Notes: a model not told the origin generated them from the letters alone. Shown: positions 1 to 14,005, counted from the stretch's first letter. The stretch is 64,000 bases of DNA from the human T2T-CHM13v2.0 reference genome, Homo sapiens (GCF_009914755.1 NC_060927.1), one strand, 5' to 3'. A program made the numbers and translations.

Positions 1-345
1 AGGCAGATATCTAGGGGATGAGGGTTCCAGGCTGTGGGAACTGCTAGAGCAAAGACCTCTGTGTAGGAGTTGCCTCTGTGTTCAGGAGCAGGAAGATCTT
101 GTGGCTAATGCTTGAAGACTGTCATAAGGAACTGAACTTCACTCAGAATTCAATGTGAAGCCACTGCATGCATTTGATCAGAAGAGACACTTGGTTCGAC
201 CGTGTTTTAAATGGATCACCCAACCACACTGATAATAGATTTGTGTGGCAGGAAGACTGATTAGGAGACTTTTGAAATAATAGTGGTGGGGACAAAGGTG
301 GCCGTTGTGAAAGTAATGAAAAGTGGCCAAATTCTTACATTTATG
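1..345 (-). mobile_element. L2 LINE relic
   Basis: ttccaggctgtgggaactgctagagcaaagacctct resembles the antisense L2 consensus; boundaries approximate. Confidence 0.65.
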
Positions 346-351
346 TTGAAG

Positions 352-440
352 ACAAATTAAGTAACTTACCCAAAGTTACAAAGTTAATAAATGACAGAAT
401 TGGCGATTGAACCCAGGAAGTCCAGACTCAAAAACTGCTC
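352..440 (-). mobile_element. MIR fragment
   Basis: ttaagtaacttacccaaagttac...gattgaacccagg matches antisense MIR core. Confidence 0.75.
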
Positions 441-483
441 TGACATAGAGTATGGCCTGACCTATAAAAAGAGATGGTGAGAA

Positions 484-715
484 CTCATAAGTGGGAGTTG
501 AACAATGAGAACACGTGAACACAGGGAGGGGAGCATCACACACTGGGGCCTGTCGGGGGGTGGGGGGCTAAGGGAGGGATAGCATTAGGAGAAATAGCTA
601 ATGTAGAAGACAGGTTGATGAGTGCAGCAAACCACCATGTCACATGTATACCTATGTAACAAACCTGTTCTGCACATATGTCCCAGAACTTAAGGTATTA
701 AGAAAAAAAAAAAAA
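484..715 (+). mobile_element. Heavily 5'-truncated L1PA (PA7/8-like) 3' UTR with poly(A)
   Basis: L1PA 3' UTR with G-rich tract and A-tail; degenerate TSD agagatggtgagaa (470-483) / agcgatggcgagaa (719-732). Confidence 0.92.
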
Positions 716-2002
716 CAGAGCGATGGCGAGAAGACAGGCAGAGCTTTCTAACAATTATGCCAGTAAGAGAGTGATTTTCGATGGTGGGGTCTAAGTTGAA
801 AATGGAAAGCCATTTGTCTGTGATAAGCAGGGGAGCTTCATACATGGGAGCAAGGTGTTTAATAAAAATGACTTTTAAGCCCCTTCTAACCCTATGATTC
901 CCAGATTCCAAATATAGAATGGCACAGTTTATACTGTTTGTCAATAGAAATTGACAATTCTAATGATTACTATTTTGAAAACCATTTTCTTGCCTTCATC
1001 TAGTTTACCAAGGTGTAACCAATGCTAGATTTGTCCCCTGTTCTCAAGGAAAGGATGAAAACTTGATGAATCTGATGAGTCTCTGAAGTGACTAAAAATA
1101 AACCCATGAAATTGCCATTTTGAATGCAAATTTAAAACATTTACATATTTGCAGTGCAAATGCCATTACTAGGTAGTTTGGAGATATAAAATCATAAAAT
1201 AATAGAGGATACTCACGGATTAGGATGATGCATGATCATTGCATAAAACCCTTCAGTACTGCTATATGGGTCTGGCTAATTGTTCAAACAATCAAGGTAC
1301 TATACCCTGTATGTGTGCATTGTTGGCACACCACTGGAGTGTTAGACTATTTGTGTTTGTTTATGAAAAGTACCTGACTCTGTTTCTGGTATAGCTGTGG
1401 GTTGATATGCTAGGTGGTGATCCAAAGATACAACTTCGCCTAAATCGTTTTAAATGTTCTTTACCATAATGTCAAAGTGTTTTGGACAAACTCCTGCTAG
1501 GTGTGATATTTCCTGCTATGAGCAATGTATAGCAAGTCTGTAAAACCTATCAAGTACTGCTAGGGCATTTGGTGGGGCAGGAAATATGACAACCTGGGAA
1601 CAATTTTTGGGCTACTTGTAGTTGACCAAAGAGACCAGATAGATGCATGCTGCTTGGTAGAACGGGAAGAGAGGGAAACAAAATGAGGTTGAAGTAGATC
1701 CTGACAATTGACAAAGAAATGCCAGAGCCTCTATGTAGAAGAAAAGCTATTGAAATTCAACCTATCTCTGAAGGTGGAAAGTTGTAGGTTAGTATGCTTT
1801 GCCTGAATTTGAGTATATCTGGAGTGCTATTGGTTAGTCTTTTCAAAGAAGGAAAATTAAGCCCAAAGAGAATAAGGAAAAAATAGACCCTTTTCCCCCA
1901 CCCACATACTACCTATAGAATGGAATCTGTGATAATGACCCTGTTGGACTTGATTCTGTTTTTAAAATTACAAAAAGTAAAACTGTTTCTTTCTTTACAC
2001 TG

Positions 2003-2028
2003 ATGTGTGTGTGTGTGCATGTGTGTGT
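2003..2028. repeat. (TG)n microsatellite, interrupted
   Basis: Directly visible. Confidence 0.9.
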
Positions 2029-2593
2029 ACTTTCATCATGCAAATATTCCAAGACCTAACAGAGAGAGCCATTAGTTACTTGAGGCAACTTGCCAGCCTA
2101 CTGTAGAGCATAAGTTCAGATCTTAATGGTGACTTCTTGTCATTTGAGACTGTTTGAATAACATATCAAAGGAAGAGAATCTCAAATAAGTTGTCTAAAT
2201 TTAGTAAAGAAACCTCTTCTCCCTGGTAGTTTTGCTTTGTATTTCTTTTGGAACACCATAGACATAATAAAGAGCACTAAGAATTTCAAGTCTGATACTT
2301 TACTTTTTGAAAAGCTGTGGCTTTCTTTCAGGTTTTGTTTGATACTAGCAACTGATGTCTGAACCATGAAACAAAACTGTATCGATCTTACCTCTTGCAA
2401 TGTATAATTGTATTTCCACTTGGACTCTTGCTGTTTAGTTCTTAGTGCAATTTTAATGAGTTCTTTTTGTTTGTCTTCTTCACACGTAATATGCAGCCAA
2501 CGTACTGTTTTAGAATTTTAGATCAACTTTTATAATTCCCAAAAATTAATTGTAGAAAACGTTTCACTTTGTAAATGTGTACATGTAGAGAAC

Positions 2594-2609
2594 TAGCACC
2601 CCCTAGTGT
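2594..2609 (-). promoter_or_regulatory. CTCF-like motif
   Basis: Minus strand reads ACACTAGGGGGTGCTA, close to the CTCF core CCAC(C/T)AG(G/A)GGGCGCTA. Confidence 0.4.
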
Positions 2610-4414
2610 ATTTAAAGCCCCCAAAGGTGTGATCTGGCATTTAATAAGCTAATAACAAACAGGAATGTGTTCCAATAGACAGGTTATTTGTTAACTTTTC
2701 CCACTGGCATTATGACATAATTTGTTTAGGCACAGGGAAAGCATTTCTTAAAGTTAATAAAGATTATAAATAAAGAATGAATATCGTATTTCAAACATGG
2801 AAACTAAAATTTTAAAACCATCATTGGCATTTGAACTGCTGGTGATATTTAAAGGCTGTGAAATAAAATAGCAATCTGTGGTCATGCTGCTAATTTTCTA
2901 AATTCTCTCTCTTTTAGAAAATTTCAGCAACATTCTTGTTTCTGGAAGGCTATAAAATTGAAAGTGTTTAGGATTTTTCTTCTGTTGGTGACTGTTGTAC
3001 TGTGTGTTCCTTAATGAAACTGTAAACTGAAAATTACAGCTTTATTCCAGAGAGAGAGAGAGAGGACTTATTCCAACAGATGGCATCAAAACACCGGTCT
3101 AAACTGTATGATCGCTGATTGTTAATTGCATCTGTAAAACAATCCTTTTAAACAGAGTAATACATTTTATCATACAGATTATAGTTCCATGCTTTTTGGT
3201 TTTTCAATGTGTGTTAACATTTTCTGCTCCAATATAAGATTTGTGCTTGTATAATTATCAGATTAAACAACAGAACAACAGTGACTCAATCATTTTTAGG
3301 AAACATGCACAAGGGAGATAGGGAACCATAAATCACATTTTATTTGGACATTGTACTTGAGAAATGTTGGGGTTTTTATCAGGTTATATAAAAAGGAAGA
3401 ATGGGCTAGAGCTCACCCTCATCAAATTAAAACGGTAGAAACCTATAAAATATCTTAAATATATGCTAAACATATACTGTACTTTAAAATGTATCTCACT
3501 GTAGGAAGAAACATGTTTCATTTACATAGATCTTTGAAATGAAAAGGAAATGTAAAAGACACATAATAAGAAAGAAGTGTTCTCTGAAAAATTAGAGATT
3601 AAGGCACACAGCTTCCTTTCTGAAATGGTTTCCATGAAAGCCTATGTAGAAGCAGAGGAATGGGTTTGATGACATCGTGAAGACAGACCTTTTTAGTAAG
3701 ATTTTTCCAAGATATAGACAGTATTGGGCAAATGGAATATGAAGATTAGATCTTGTGTTGCTTCTGCAGCCTGGGTGATTCAGAGCTGGGAACCTGAAAT
3801 TTAGAGATGTGGAAAGGATGGTTAACATTCATGTCATCATGAGACAGCTTTTTGGTTCATAGGTGCCACATCAGATTCTCCTGTCTACATTTGATATATT
3901 AAGGGTGAATAAAATTAATGGATGTCAAACTTCTGCTATTTCAATTTTTTGTTCCATCCTCTGGGAAAGGATTATAGACAGGAGGGTACCCTAGCTTGTT
4001 GAGCTGGAAACATATATTTAATAAGTCAAATTGTGATGATCCCATTTCTGAGTTTTCAGGTATCTTCACTTGATATATAAGTACCATTAAGATAATACTT
4101 GGCTTAGGAAGGTCCACTTATCAGACATTATTAACAATTTAGATTCTAGATAGAAAGTCTCAAAACTGGGAACATGAATTTAACTATAAAGGATGTCCAG
4201 CAGCAAAAAGACATATCTTTAAAAGTACACAATAAACCCTTGCCTAGAATGCACTTTTTTAATTTTAAAAAGAATTCTAACAAATCATTGTTTTCCCTGA
4301 TATTGAAGCCTAAATTAGAAAGGCAAGTTACTAGTGGTAGGCATAAGGAGTGACATCTGATGCCTCGTTCTGAAAACAGAGTTGGAAGAACTGTGTTAAT
4401 AATTCAAATAAACA

Positions 4415-4985
4415 TTTGCTAATTACAAAGGGAAAATAGTTACTTGGAATATCTCATCCAACACCACCTTAACCAAGTGATCAAGGTTAACATCATCAGG
4501 AATAAGACATATCGCATCATGAACCCTCTGATATGATTACCAAAGAAAGGGCATGACCTTCCTTGTGTTGTAGCATTTCTTACCAAAAATGTATGACCTC
4601 GGTATAATCATTAGAAAAGTCACAAATTGAAGAACAGTCCATGTAATAAACTGACTAGGACTCATCAAGAGTGACAGGATCATGACAGACAAGGACAGAC
4701 CAAGGATCTGTCACAGATTAGAGGATGCTAAGGAGACAAAAAATTTAACTCAATATGGGGCTCCGGGTTGGATCCTGGAACACAGATTTGGCATTAGTAA
4801 CTGGTGAAATCTGAGTAAAGTTTTCAATCTAGTTAGTAGTATTTTGCCAATGTTAATTTCTTGGTTTTAAAGATTATATTGTGGTTAAATAAGATAATAG
4901 CATTAGGGGAAGTTGAGTGAAGGATATATATGGAGACTATACTTTTTTGCAACCTTTAAGTAAGTCTAAAATTGTTTCTGGATAA
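4415..4985 (+). mobile_element. Old L1M (L1MC/ME-type) 3' end
   Basis: caccaccttaaccaagtgatcaaggttaacatca...gccaatgttaatttcttggtttt...tttttgcaac...aagtctaaaattgtttc. Confidence 0.75.
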
Positions 4986-6659
4986 TTTTTTTTTAATCCT
5001 ACAAAACTCAAAGTGTATAGTAGTCTGAGGCCATTTAATGTAGGAGCAAAAGGCCCTGTTACATACTTGAGTTGTCTAAAATAATGATTGATATTTAATA
5101 TAATGAGCTCAAGGAAGAATTATTTGTAATGTTATTTGCTTAATATAAGTCAGAAAGCCTGTAATACATTTTAGAAGCATAATTTTTAATATGAAAATTT
5201 GGAAACTGTAAATGAGTAAATTTCAATTACTTGGGAAATCGACTTTTTGGACAATTTTATCACCAATGATGCTGTATAATGAATCATTATTCTTCAATAA
5301 AAACTTTCCTGCCTGTGTCAGACCTATAATTCTCCTTCAATCCTCTACCCGAGGATAGATATTTTATAACTTAGAGTAACTGTGCAGATATCTGATGTAA
5401 TCCAGGCCTTCATTTGATACTATAATCTAATGAAATTTCAAAATTGAGCAATGATTGAAGGAATTTTATCAACCCTTGATTTTGGTACTGTGTATGAATA
5501 GGGAATTCAAATAATTTTCTTCAAGGCTTACCTCTGATTTCTGCCTTATAAGCAGGAGTTGGATATTTTAGTATCTACAGATCAGCTAGTGTTAATAAAA
5601 CCATAGCCCTGAGCCCCAAACCTATCTACAAATATTCTCATATTTTTCAATAAAGAGTGGCAATGAGAGGTTTCACCAAAGTCCATGCAAGGTGGCCATG
5701 ATCGGAACAAAGTGTGGAAAGCTCCAGTGTCTTAGGCAACTTAATAAGCTGTAAAATCATCCTTTTACTTAGCCTGTCATTTAGCAAATAGGCCTACATT
5801 TCTCTAAACTATACCATCACACTTCATTAGCTGAAGGAAGCTTGTAACAAGCTTGTAACTTGTTGCGCACCTACCATGTATTCAGTGCTGTATGAGGTGC
5901 TGTAGGATTCAGAAGTATGCTCCAGTTCTTCTGTATCTTAGAAGAAACTCTTTAAAACCCTCATGGGAGCTTATAAGATTAAAGAACATATGCAATTGCA
6001 AATCAACCAAATTGTACATACTTAAATATTTAGACCATTGGTTTCCAAGCTTATTGAGATCAAGGACTCTTTTTTTAGTGTCAGATATTTTACAAACTCT
6101 ATGTGATAGCTGATAAGTGTTTAGTACTTGTAAATAGGAGAATACATAATGGCAAAAGACAAGCACAAATTATTTTAGATTAATGTATTTTGCCACAAGT
6201 GTCTATTAACTTTTGGAAAATAGTAACAAATACATGCAAGGGGCATACAACTTGGTATATGCTTTGGTGCACGTAGGGATTTATAGACCCATGATTTCTT
6301 CCCTTGCTTGACCCCATCTCATGGATGCTGGTCCTCAGGCTGTGAGCCACTGTGCTGGAGCATAAATGCTGTTGGAATTCAACTGAAGAAGGCCAGGTGA
6401 TGATTGCCAGAGCCATCATCAGAGCCCCTGGATGGGGCTTAAGGCATGTGTCAGAGGTTTGAGAAGGTGGGAATATGTCCAAGGGAAGCCATGGAAAAGC
6501 AGAAATAAGGTAGGCAAATTGAGAGGGAATGAGGAGCCAAGGCTGGATGGGGAGTTAGAAAAAAATAAAATTGGTTAAACAAGACCAAGAGAGATTATGG
6601 AGAGTTTTGAAATCCAAACACAGGAGCTGCAAATTTCTATTAAGGCAAGGCACTGGACC

Positions 6660-6780
6660 AGGACTGAAAGGACTGGGCTATAATCCTGGTACTGCCAATT
6701 ACTAGGCTTCAGCAAGTTAAATTTTGGAGCCTTGACTGTCATTATTGGTAAAACTGGGATAATAATACATACCACTCAGG
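6660..6780 (+). mobile_element. MIR fragment
   Basis: aatcctggtactgccaattactagg...gcaagtta...taaaactgggataataatac. Confidence 0.65.
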
Positions 6781-6849
6781 AAAGAGAGCATCTGTGAAAT
6801 TTTCTTGTGGGCTTTCAGTCCATTTGGGTTGCATCTGGAATATCTAAGG

Positions 6850-7400
6850 GAACTATCTAAGATTATTGAGCAGGGAATCAGCATGATGAAAGTAATATAT
6901 TAAAGAAGATTAGTTTGGCAGCTCTTTTGCAGTTTGGATTAGAGTCAGGAAAACCAATGAGAAAACTGTCCCAATGATCCAGACTCAAAGACTGTGAAAA
7001 TAAGGACAAAAGGAAGTTGAGATGAAAATCAATTGGAATTTTAGTTTGATAAAGTATCAAGGATGAGATGAATCAAAAATGATTTTGCGGTTTTAGAGTT
7101 AGTTGCTATGGAGGAATGGTGGATACAATGAAAAAGAAAAGGAAAATGGAGAAAAAGCTGATTTGGAGAAAAAGGATGTGAAGTATGGCCATGGTGAATG
7201 GCATGTGAGAACCAACAGTCAAGTAGAAATCAACTCTAAACTCTTGGGAATATGTAATTGGAGTGAAGTGAAATTTGTGCTGGAGATGGCTAGAGATGGC
7301 AAGTCATGAGCTGCTAGAGTGGCAGTTGAGCTGTGAAATGGATGTGCCACTTAATAGAGATTATAAACAGAAAGAAAAACCAAGGTCCTAGGATTAAGCC
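6850..7400 (-). mobile_element. L2 relic
   Basis: Purine-rich antisense L2-like sequence. Confidence 0.55.
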
Positions 7401-7588
7401 TGTGTGGTACTTTCTCTTGAGAAACTATTCTAAGGGCGGATCAATTCATTATTCTGTAACTAATGTAAGATGAAATTGAATTTTAATCATCTTATGGGGG
7501 GTTTTAACTTATGACCATTTTTTTTGCTTGTTTTAAAATTCATATGGACCAAAGGTATATAAACATGTCATTTTTTTTTCTTTTCAAG

Positions 7589-7726
7589 AGGATGTTTGAT
7601 TATTCATTTATAGCACTGCTCTTATGATGAGGCATTAAAAAAGACTGGGTCATTTCTTCCTGAATTATGGCAGGGGAGCCTGGCAACATTTCTGAGGCTA
7701 CTGCGTGGCTGAGCCGCTCGTAACAG
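7589..7726 (+). ncRNA. Candidate internal non-coding exon (138 nt)
   Basis: Long polypyrimidine tract tttttttttcttttcaag| and strong donor CAG|gtatgt in unique sequence; no transcript evidence available. Confidence 0.3.
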
Positions 7727-7899
7727 GTATGTGTCCAGTGGGGCACATCTGGCATAAATCCTTTGTGATCTGACTTCTCCCCAGCATCATCGTGCAATAT
7801 TTCCCAGCTTCTTCCAGCCGCACAGATTTGAACTCCAAATATAACAGGTCTATGCTAGCTCTGAGCTCTTGCTCATACTCTTCATAAGAAGTAGAAACT

Positions 7900-8200
7900 T
7901 GGAATGCCTTTCTCTTCAAGTCTCCTTCTTTTGAAATTTCTCAAGACCTAGTCCCATTGTCCTGTCTTCCCTGAGACTGTTTCTGATTCCACAGTGGGAA
8001 AGAATCTCACCTTCACTTGTATATGCTTCCACCTCTGCACAGCTCTCCTTCCAGTCTACCTTGCATTGTCATTACTTGTTTCCACACTTATCTCCTCCAC
8101 ATGACTGCGAGTTCCAAACAGCAGGTGATGTGTCTGACTCACCCGTGTGCACCCCGCACAGTGCCTAGCCTAGTCCCTCACTTAATGCTTGCTAAATTGA
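7900..8200 (+). mobile_element. L2 3' end relic
   Basis: ...cacagtgcctagc...cacttaatgcttgctaaattga resembles L2 tail. Confidence 0.55.
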
Positions 8201-9494
8201 GAAGAGAATGACATTTCCCTGCCCCCAGCCCCACCGGCAACATTTTAGTAAAGCAAAATGGCAGAAAGACAGCCTAGGAAAGCAGGGAAAAGAAGAGCCT
8301 TCTGTCTTTGGCTTTAAAGGAAGAAGAGGTGGTGAGAGCAGTAGGGTAATAGCCGTTTCTGTGGGTGGCCCAGGAGAAAGATATAGGAGGTTCCTGGAGA
8401 AGAAACATGAAAGTCTGACTTCTCGTGGAAGCCTGTGGAGCCCTGACTCTCTAAGCACTGAAAGCTAGTGTTAAAGACCTGACTCCTCCATGGAAAGTTT
8501 TAGGTAATGGGGTAAATTTTAAGAAAATGAATATTCAGGGTGGCCCAGATGTACAAAAGGTGGGCAATAGGTTATAAAGGCTCAGGGAGGGACAGTTGGG
8601 GGTTGTGGAATAGATTGAAAGGAAGAATGTCCAATCTATGGGCAAAAGCTAAATATTAATAACTTAAAACATCAAAATGAGGTGGGGAGTATGGGGAAAA
8701 ATAAAGGGATTATTTTGGAAAGGAGAAAATTTATCTCAGTCTTGGTTAACCTATTCCCCAAATTATAAAATGAGTAATAAGCTATCCCATTTGGTTAAGG
8801 CTAGAGAACCTTCAATTAAATAGAGACTGAACATTTAAATTTGATTAAGTAAGGTGACTCTTAATAATACAGGCAATTAGCCTGTGGAATGTGCAGGTAG
8901 AGAATGAGATGGAAGAAACAATGCTGCATTTTGAAAGCTGGTTTTAGTAATTTTTAATATAATACCTTATGCATTTGTAGCACTTTTCAATTTACAATGC
9001 TTCCTGATCTTTGTTATCTCACTTGAGCCTGGCATTCTCCTGTTGGGCAGGTAAAGAAAGCTATGCTCTCGCCTGGACTTCCTGTGTTCCTTTCACAGCA
9101 TCCTGCTACCTCTCTCATGGATGTGAAGATAGATCTAGGGTGTTTAGAACTCTAAGCTGTCATTCAAGTAATACATGACAATGTGGTTTGACATGAGTTA
9201 TTTGAACGCAAGGCTTGTTTTATTTACTTTTGTAGTTATTCCACATGCCATGTGACACAGTGCGCTGTGTATGGTCAATATCCACTAATATTTGAGAAAC
9301 AAATGAACTGTTATGCAGTTTCCCTTGTCATCCTGACATTTCTAGAAGGTTCCTGAGAGGCAGTTTAGTGGGAGAATAGGAGTGGTGCTGATGGGCAGAG
9401 GAGAAAGGAAGGACGGGCCTAGGAGGCTCCGGCTCCTTTAACCCCAGCAGCTCAGTTCCCTTTTATCTGTCTTATATGTGTCTTATATGTTAAA

Positions 9495-10285
9495 TGTTAA
9501 GAGTCAAATTGTACCCCCAATTCATATGTTGAAGTCCTAACCCCCAGTACCTCAGAATATGGATGTGTTTGAAAATGGGGTCTTGGGATAAAATTAAGTT
9601 AAAATGGGATCATATGAGTGAGTTTTAATCCAATATAACTAATGTCCTTATAAAGAGATTTGGATACAGAGATTTACAGAGAGAAAATGATGTGAAGACC
9701 CCAGAAGGCAGCTGCTATGGTCTGAATGTTCTCCTAAATTCATGTGTTAAAACTCAACGGTGATTGTGATAGCATTAAGAGTGAGGCCTTTAGAAGGTGA
9801 TTAGGTCATGAGGGCTCTTCCTTCATGAATGGGATTAGCAAATTTATAAAAGGGCTGAAGGAAACTGTCAAGGCCTTTTTGCCCTTCTTCATGTGAGGAC
9901 ACAGCATTTTCCCCTTTTTTGCATTTCTGCCCTTTCACCATGTGAGGACACACAGACAGAGCCATCTACAAGACAGAGCCATCTCACCAGACACCAAATC
10001 TGCCAGCACCTTGATCTTGGACTTCTCAACCTTTATAACTGTGAGCAATAAATTTATGTTCTTCATAAATTACCCAGTATCAGGTATTTTGTTATAGCAG
10101 CGGAAATGGACTAAGATAGCAGCCGTGCGCAAACCAAAGAAAGAGGCCTTAGAAGAAACCAACGCTGCTGACACCTTGATCTTAAAATTCCAGCCTCCAG
10201 AACTGTGAGAAAATAAATTTCTGTTATTTAAACCACTCAGTTGTCTGTGGTACTTTTCTTATGGCAGCCCTAGCAAACTAGTATA
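9495..10285 (+). mobile_element. MLT1B-like MaLR solo LTR, split by a younger LTR
   Basis: aattcatatgttgaagtcctaacccccagtacctcagaat start, atggcagccctagcaaactagtata end; TSD ttaaa/ttaag. Confidence 0.88.
9713..10118 (+). mobile_element. MST/MLT1A-type MaLR solo LTR nested in MLT1B
   Basis: tgctatggtctgaatg...aaattacccagtatcaggtattttgttatagcagc...gactaagata; perfect 5-bp TSD GCAGC at 9708-9712 and 10119-10123. Confidence 0.88.
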
Positions 10286-11323
10286 TTAAGGTTCTGAAGA
10301 GAGTTAAAGGGGGAAAAAAAGGAGTTAAAGCACTTAACGCGTTATGAAACTGCAGTTCTATGGTTGATTATCTGTGAGAGTCAGATAAATGCTTATTTTA
10401 CGTTTAAATCACATAAATCATCAGCAAGTAATGATGCTCGAGATGATATAGCTTCATTGGACAAATAGATCAAACAGCTTCTAAATGTTGTTATTTTCCA
10501 GCTCTAGAGTATTAAGAATCAATTTGAGCAAACATTGCATCTTGGTATCTTGCAGCATAATTACCATTGTTCCTGAAAAAAAAAAGAAGCAGTTTCTAAG
10601 CTGCATGTGGCACAAACCTATTCCTTAGCTTCCCACCCTTTGTACTGAATACTTCAAACTCTGAGCATCTTCTAAACCCATAAAGAAAAAATTGGAATCA
10701 TTTCACAAAAGCACACAAAAAAGCAACATACATATTTTTTTAGCATATTTTGAAATCTCTGGGGAAGAATTCTACATCTTTTAATATCACTATTTGTTTC
10801 AAAATTATCTTGGGTCTCCTGGATCTGAATAAATCACTAACATTGAAAGATAAGCTAGCTCACCAACATTTTTTAGCATGGTATGGTGTAACCATCACCA
10901 ATTGAGGATGCAGTTTTACAGCAGCGTCACTGTCAAGAAAATTTTCACTGCTGTTTACAAAAGGGAACTAGTGGGAAGGCCTGTAATAAAATTGTTTCTA
11001 AAAGGGCTAGATGTAAACTTGGATATTTGGGATCCATTGTTATTTTGCCTGATTCCAAGTTTGTATTATTTGCAAATGAAATTAACATCAGGTTTTTATT
11101 TTTTAGGCCTGCTGGAGTCACAATACTGAATCTGCTCTGAAGGATTCATATTTTGTATTTTCTAATTTGAACCTAAATTCTATAGGGGTTTTGAATGGAA
11201 TTGAAACATGAAACTTAGTTATTACTAAGTGTAAAAAAGGTTAAGATAAATAGGCCAAGTCTATATGTTTACTGTCTTTCATAATAAGCATTGTCTATAT
11301 AGCATTCTTTAAGAACATAAGTG

Positions 11324-11708
<385 letters not shown>

Positions 11709-13299
11709 TTACAGTCTACAAAAATAATGTTTTACATGAAAGCATAACTTATTCCAAATGATCTGTTGTGTCAGTATCTGGCAAGTTTTAAAATTAAAAT
11801 AATTATATGTAAATGTAAATACAGACTATCATTGACCATATTCCGGTGATTGAATATACAAGCTAATTCTCTCACAGGACCATCCTCCTAGGACATAAGC
11901 CTGCTGGTAACCACCACAACCAAAATGCATATTCTATTATCTCACTGGCACTCAGAACGCTCACAGATTATTCCAATAGAAAGGCCTGTGGTTTGTAAAA
12001 GGTTATTGGCTTTTAAGCCAAACATTGTTTCTTTACTTAAGTATTGAAGCACATGTAATGTGTCACCTTGAAACTGAGAGTTGAGCAATGAAAGTCAACT
12101 GCTATGCAAGAACAATAAAGGGATGCATCTTCTTGTGTATGCTGGGAGCTGGCAACCTGGCAGGAGTCGTTCTAAATTGTCATTCCCAGCCCTTTCTTAA
12201 AGGCTGGAGTGTATCACAGTCTTGTACTTACTGCCACAGATCACTTTAGGTTTGCATAATCTATACTGCTTGTGAGTGAGATTGACTACAGTATCAGGAC
12301 AAAATGGTATAATTCATCCTCTGTGAAGAGTCTAAAGTAAATTCCCAATTCAGCATGAGTATGCAATTCACCAGTGTGAGTTCTAAATCAGCATCTCTTT
12401 ATGTTTTCTAGTATCATGCAATGTACTTGAAATAATAGATATCCCCAACTTTTCAAAACTTTGGTTGCATACATTTGCTTGTAAGTTTGTTTAGAATTCA
12501 GAGCATATTTTTTCCTATAGAAACAAGATTATGAATATGCCAGTAAAATCCAGTTCCTATTAAGAGTTAATATTGCCAAAATATTGCAAGGCTTCAGCTG
12601 TCTTCTTCACTAATAAACAGAACCAGAACAGAATAAAATGCAATTAGAATTAGCTTCATATTTATCTTGGCCACTCGTGTCTAAGGAAAAGAAGGATCAA
12701 CTAAAAAAAGATAGGGCAGAAAACAGTCTTCTAGACACTTGAAAGACCTTAAAAGAATGAAGGTCTTAGTGACTTCAAGCTTAAAGATGGGGATGGTTTT
12801 CCTTTTCTTGACACAAATGCGCTGTTAACCATGCTCTAATGCTAATGCTTATTGACGATAATTAGTATTAGTCTTTGGGCTCACAGTGACGTATGAGGGG
12901 AGGGCTTGAGAGAATAAGGGAAATAAATGTTTCTAGGCAAATGTGCAGGGATTTGATGTAATGTAAAGAGAAAAGGGGGCTCTAAATATAAGCATATATG
13001 TGAAAAGAATATTTACCCGAATAGAATTTATGATGAATTTAAGGTCGAAATACAACAAAAAATCATCAAGTCTATCACCTCCTGGCCTGCAGAGAAAGAA
13101 GGAAGGGAGTAGGGCAGAGGCTTGAGATCTGACAGCTCCCTGTTATCAATCTCTCAGTGATATGACAGCTTGACAGCTACCTGGAGGCGGCAAGGGAGCA
13201 GGAGGCAGTGAGGAAGAAGGGCTAGAGCCAACTGGATAGCTGTATGAAAGGGGTGTTTGTATCTTGAGGATGATTCATGACAATAGGTGTTTTAGTATT

Positions 13300-13540
13300 A
13301 TACCATTATTTATAAGCATCATAGCCATTGCAGTTTTGTGTCGCTTACTATCTTTCAGGCACTGTGTTAATCCCTTTATAAACATTATCACACTTGGTCT
13401 TATTAACTTCAAAGGAGAAATATAATTACACCTATTTTCCAGATAAGGCAACTGAAGTTACATAGAAGTTAGTGTCTTGTCCAAGATAATAGAGCTAGTA
13501 TATAGTGGCCCTGAGACTTGAGCCCTGAGCTGGCCATACT
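13300..13540 (-). mobile_element. MIR
   Basis: cctattttccagataaggcaactgaag...cttgtccaagat...agctagta. Confidence 0.7.
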
Positions 13541-13599
13541 AAGATGTCACTCTTGCCTAGAATGAGACATGAGCCCACTCTCTGATCCATATTGAGGTT

Positions 13600-13925
13600 T
13601 CGTGCCATTAAAATATGAGAGAAAAAATGTGCACTTAGAACAGTGCTTGGCACAAAGTAAATATTCATTAAACATGGTGATTATCATCTGCCAAGGTAAA
13701 ATATTGCTTATAAAATACCAACAGGGTCAATGTTGGGTCTTGGTATTTATTATAGTTTTTGCTTCGTTTTGGTAGTCTTTCTCCACCCTTCAGGCATCTC
13801 ATGGTTATACATTTCTAACTTCTTGAAAATCCACTGATTTTTCTTTCCTGTGCTTAACCAACCTACAAGCCTGCAAGAACAAGGACTGTTCCTGGAACAT
13901 AGTAAGCACTCATGAAATATTTGTT
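13600..13925 (+). mobile_element. MIR 3' end followed by L2 3' end fragments
   Basis: gcacttagaacagtgcttggcacaaagtaa; cctggaacatagtaagcactcatgaaatatttgtt. Confidence 0.6.
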
Positions 13926-14005
13926 AGATGGGATCATTTAATTCAACAACTAGATCACTCACTTTGGCAAGAAGGCAAAATAAAAAATTTAGTTCCATGG
14001 AGAAA

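Noticed and set aside
7600-7919. Minus-strand ORFs with plausible composition (SYEEYEQELRASIDLLYLEFK...)
   Set aside because: No recognisable homology or minus-strand splice framework; partly overlaps L2-like sequence
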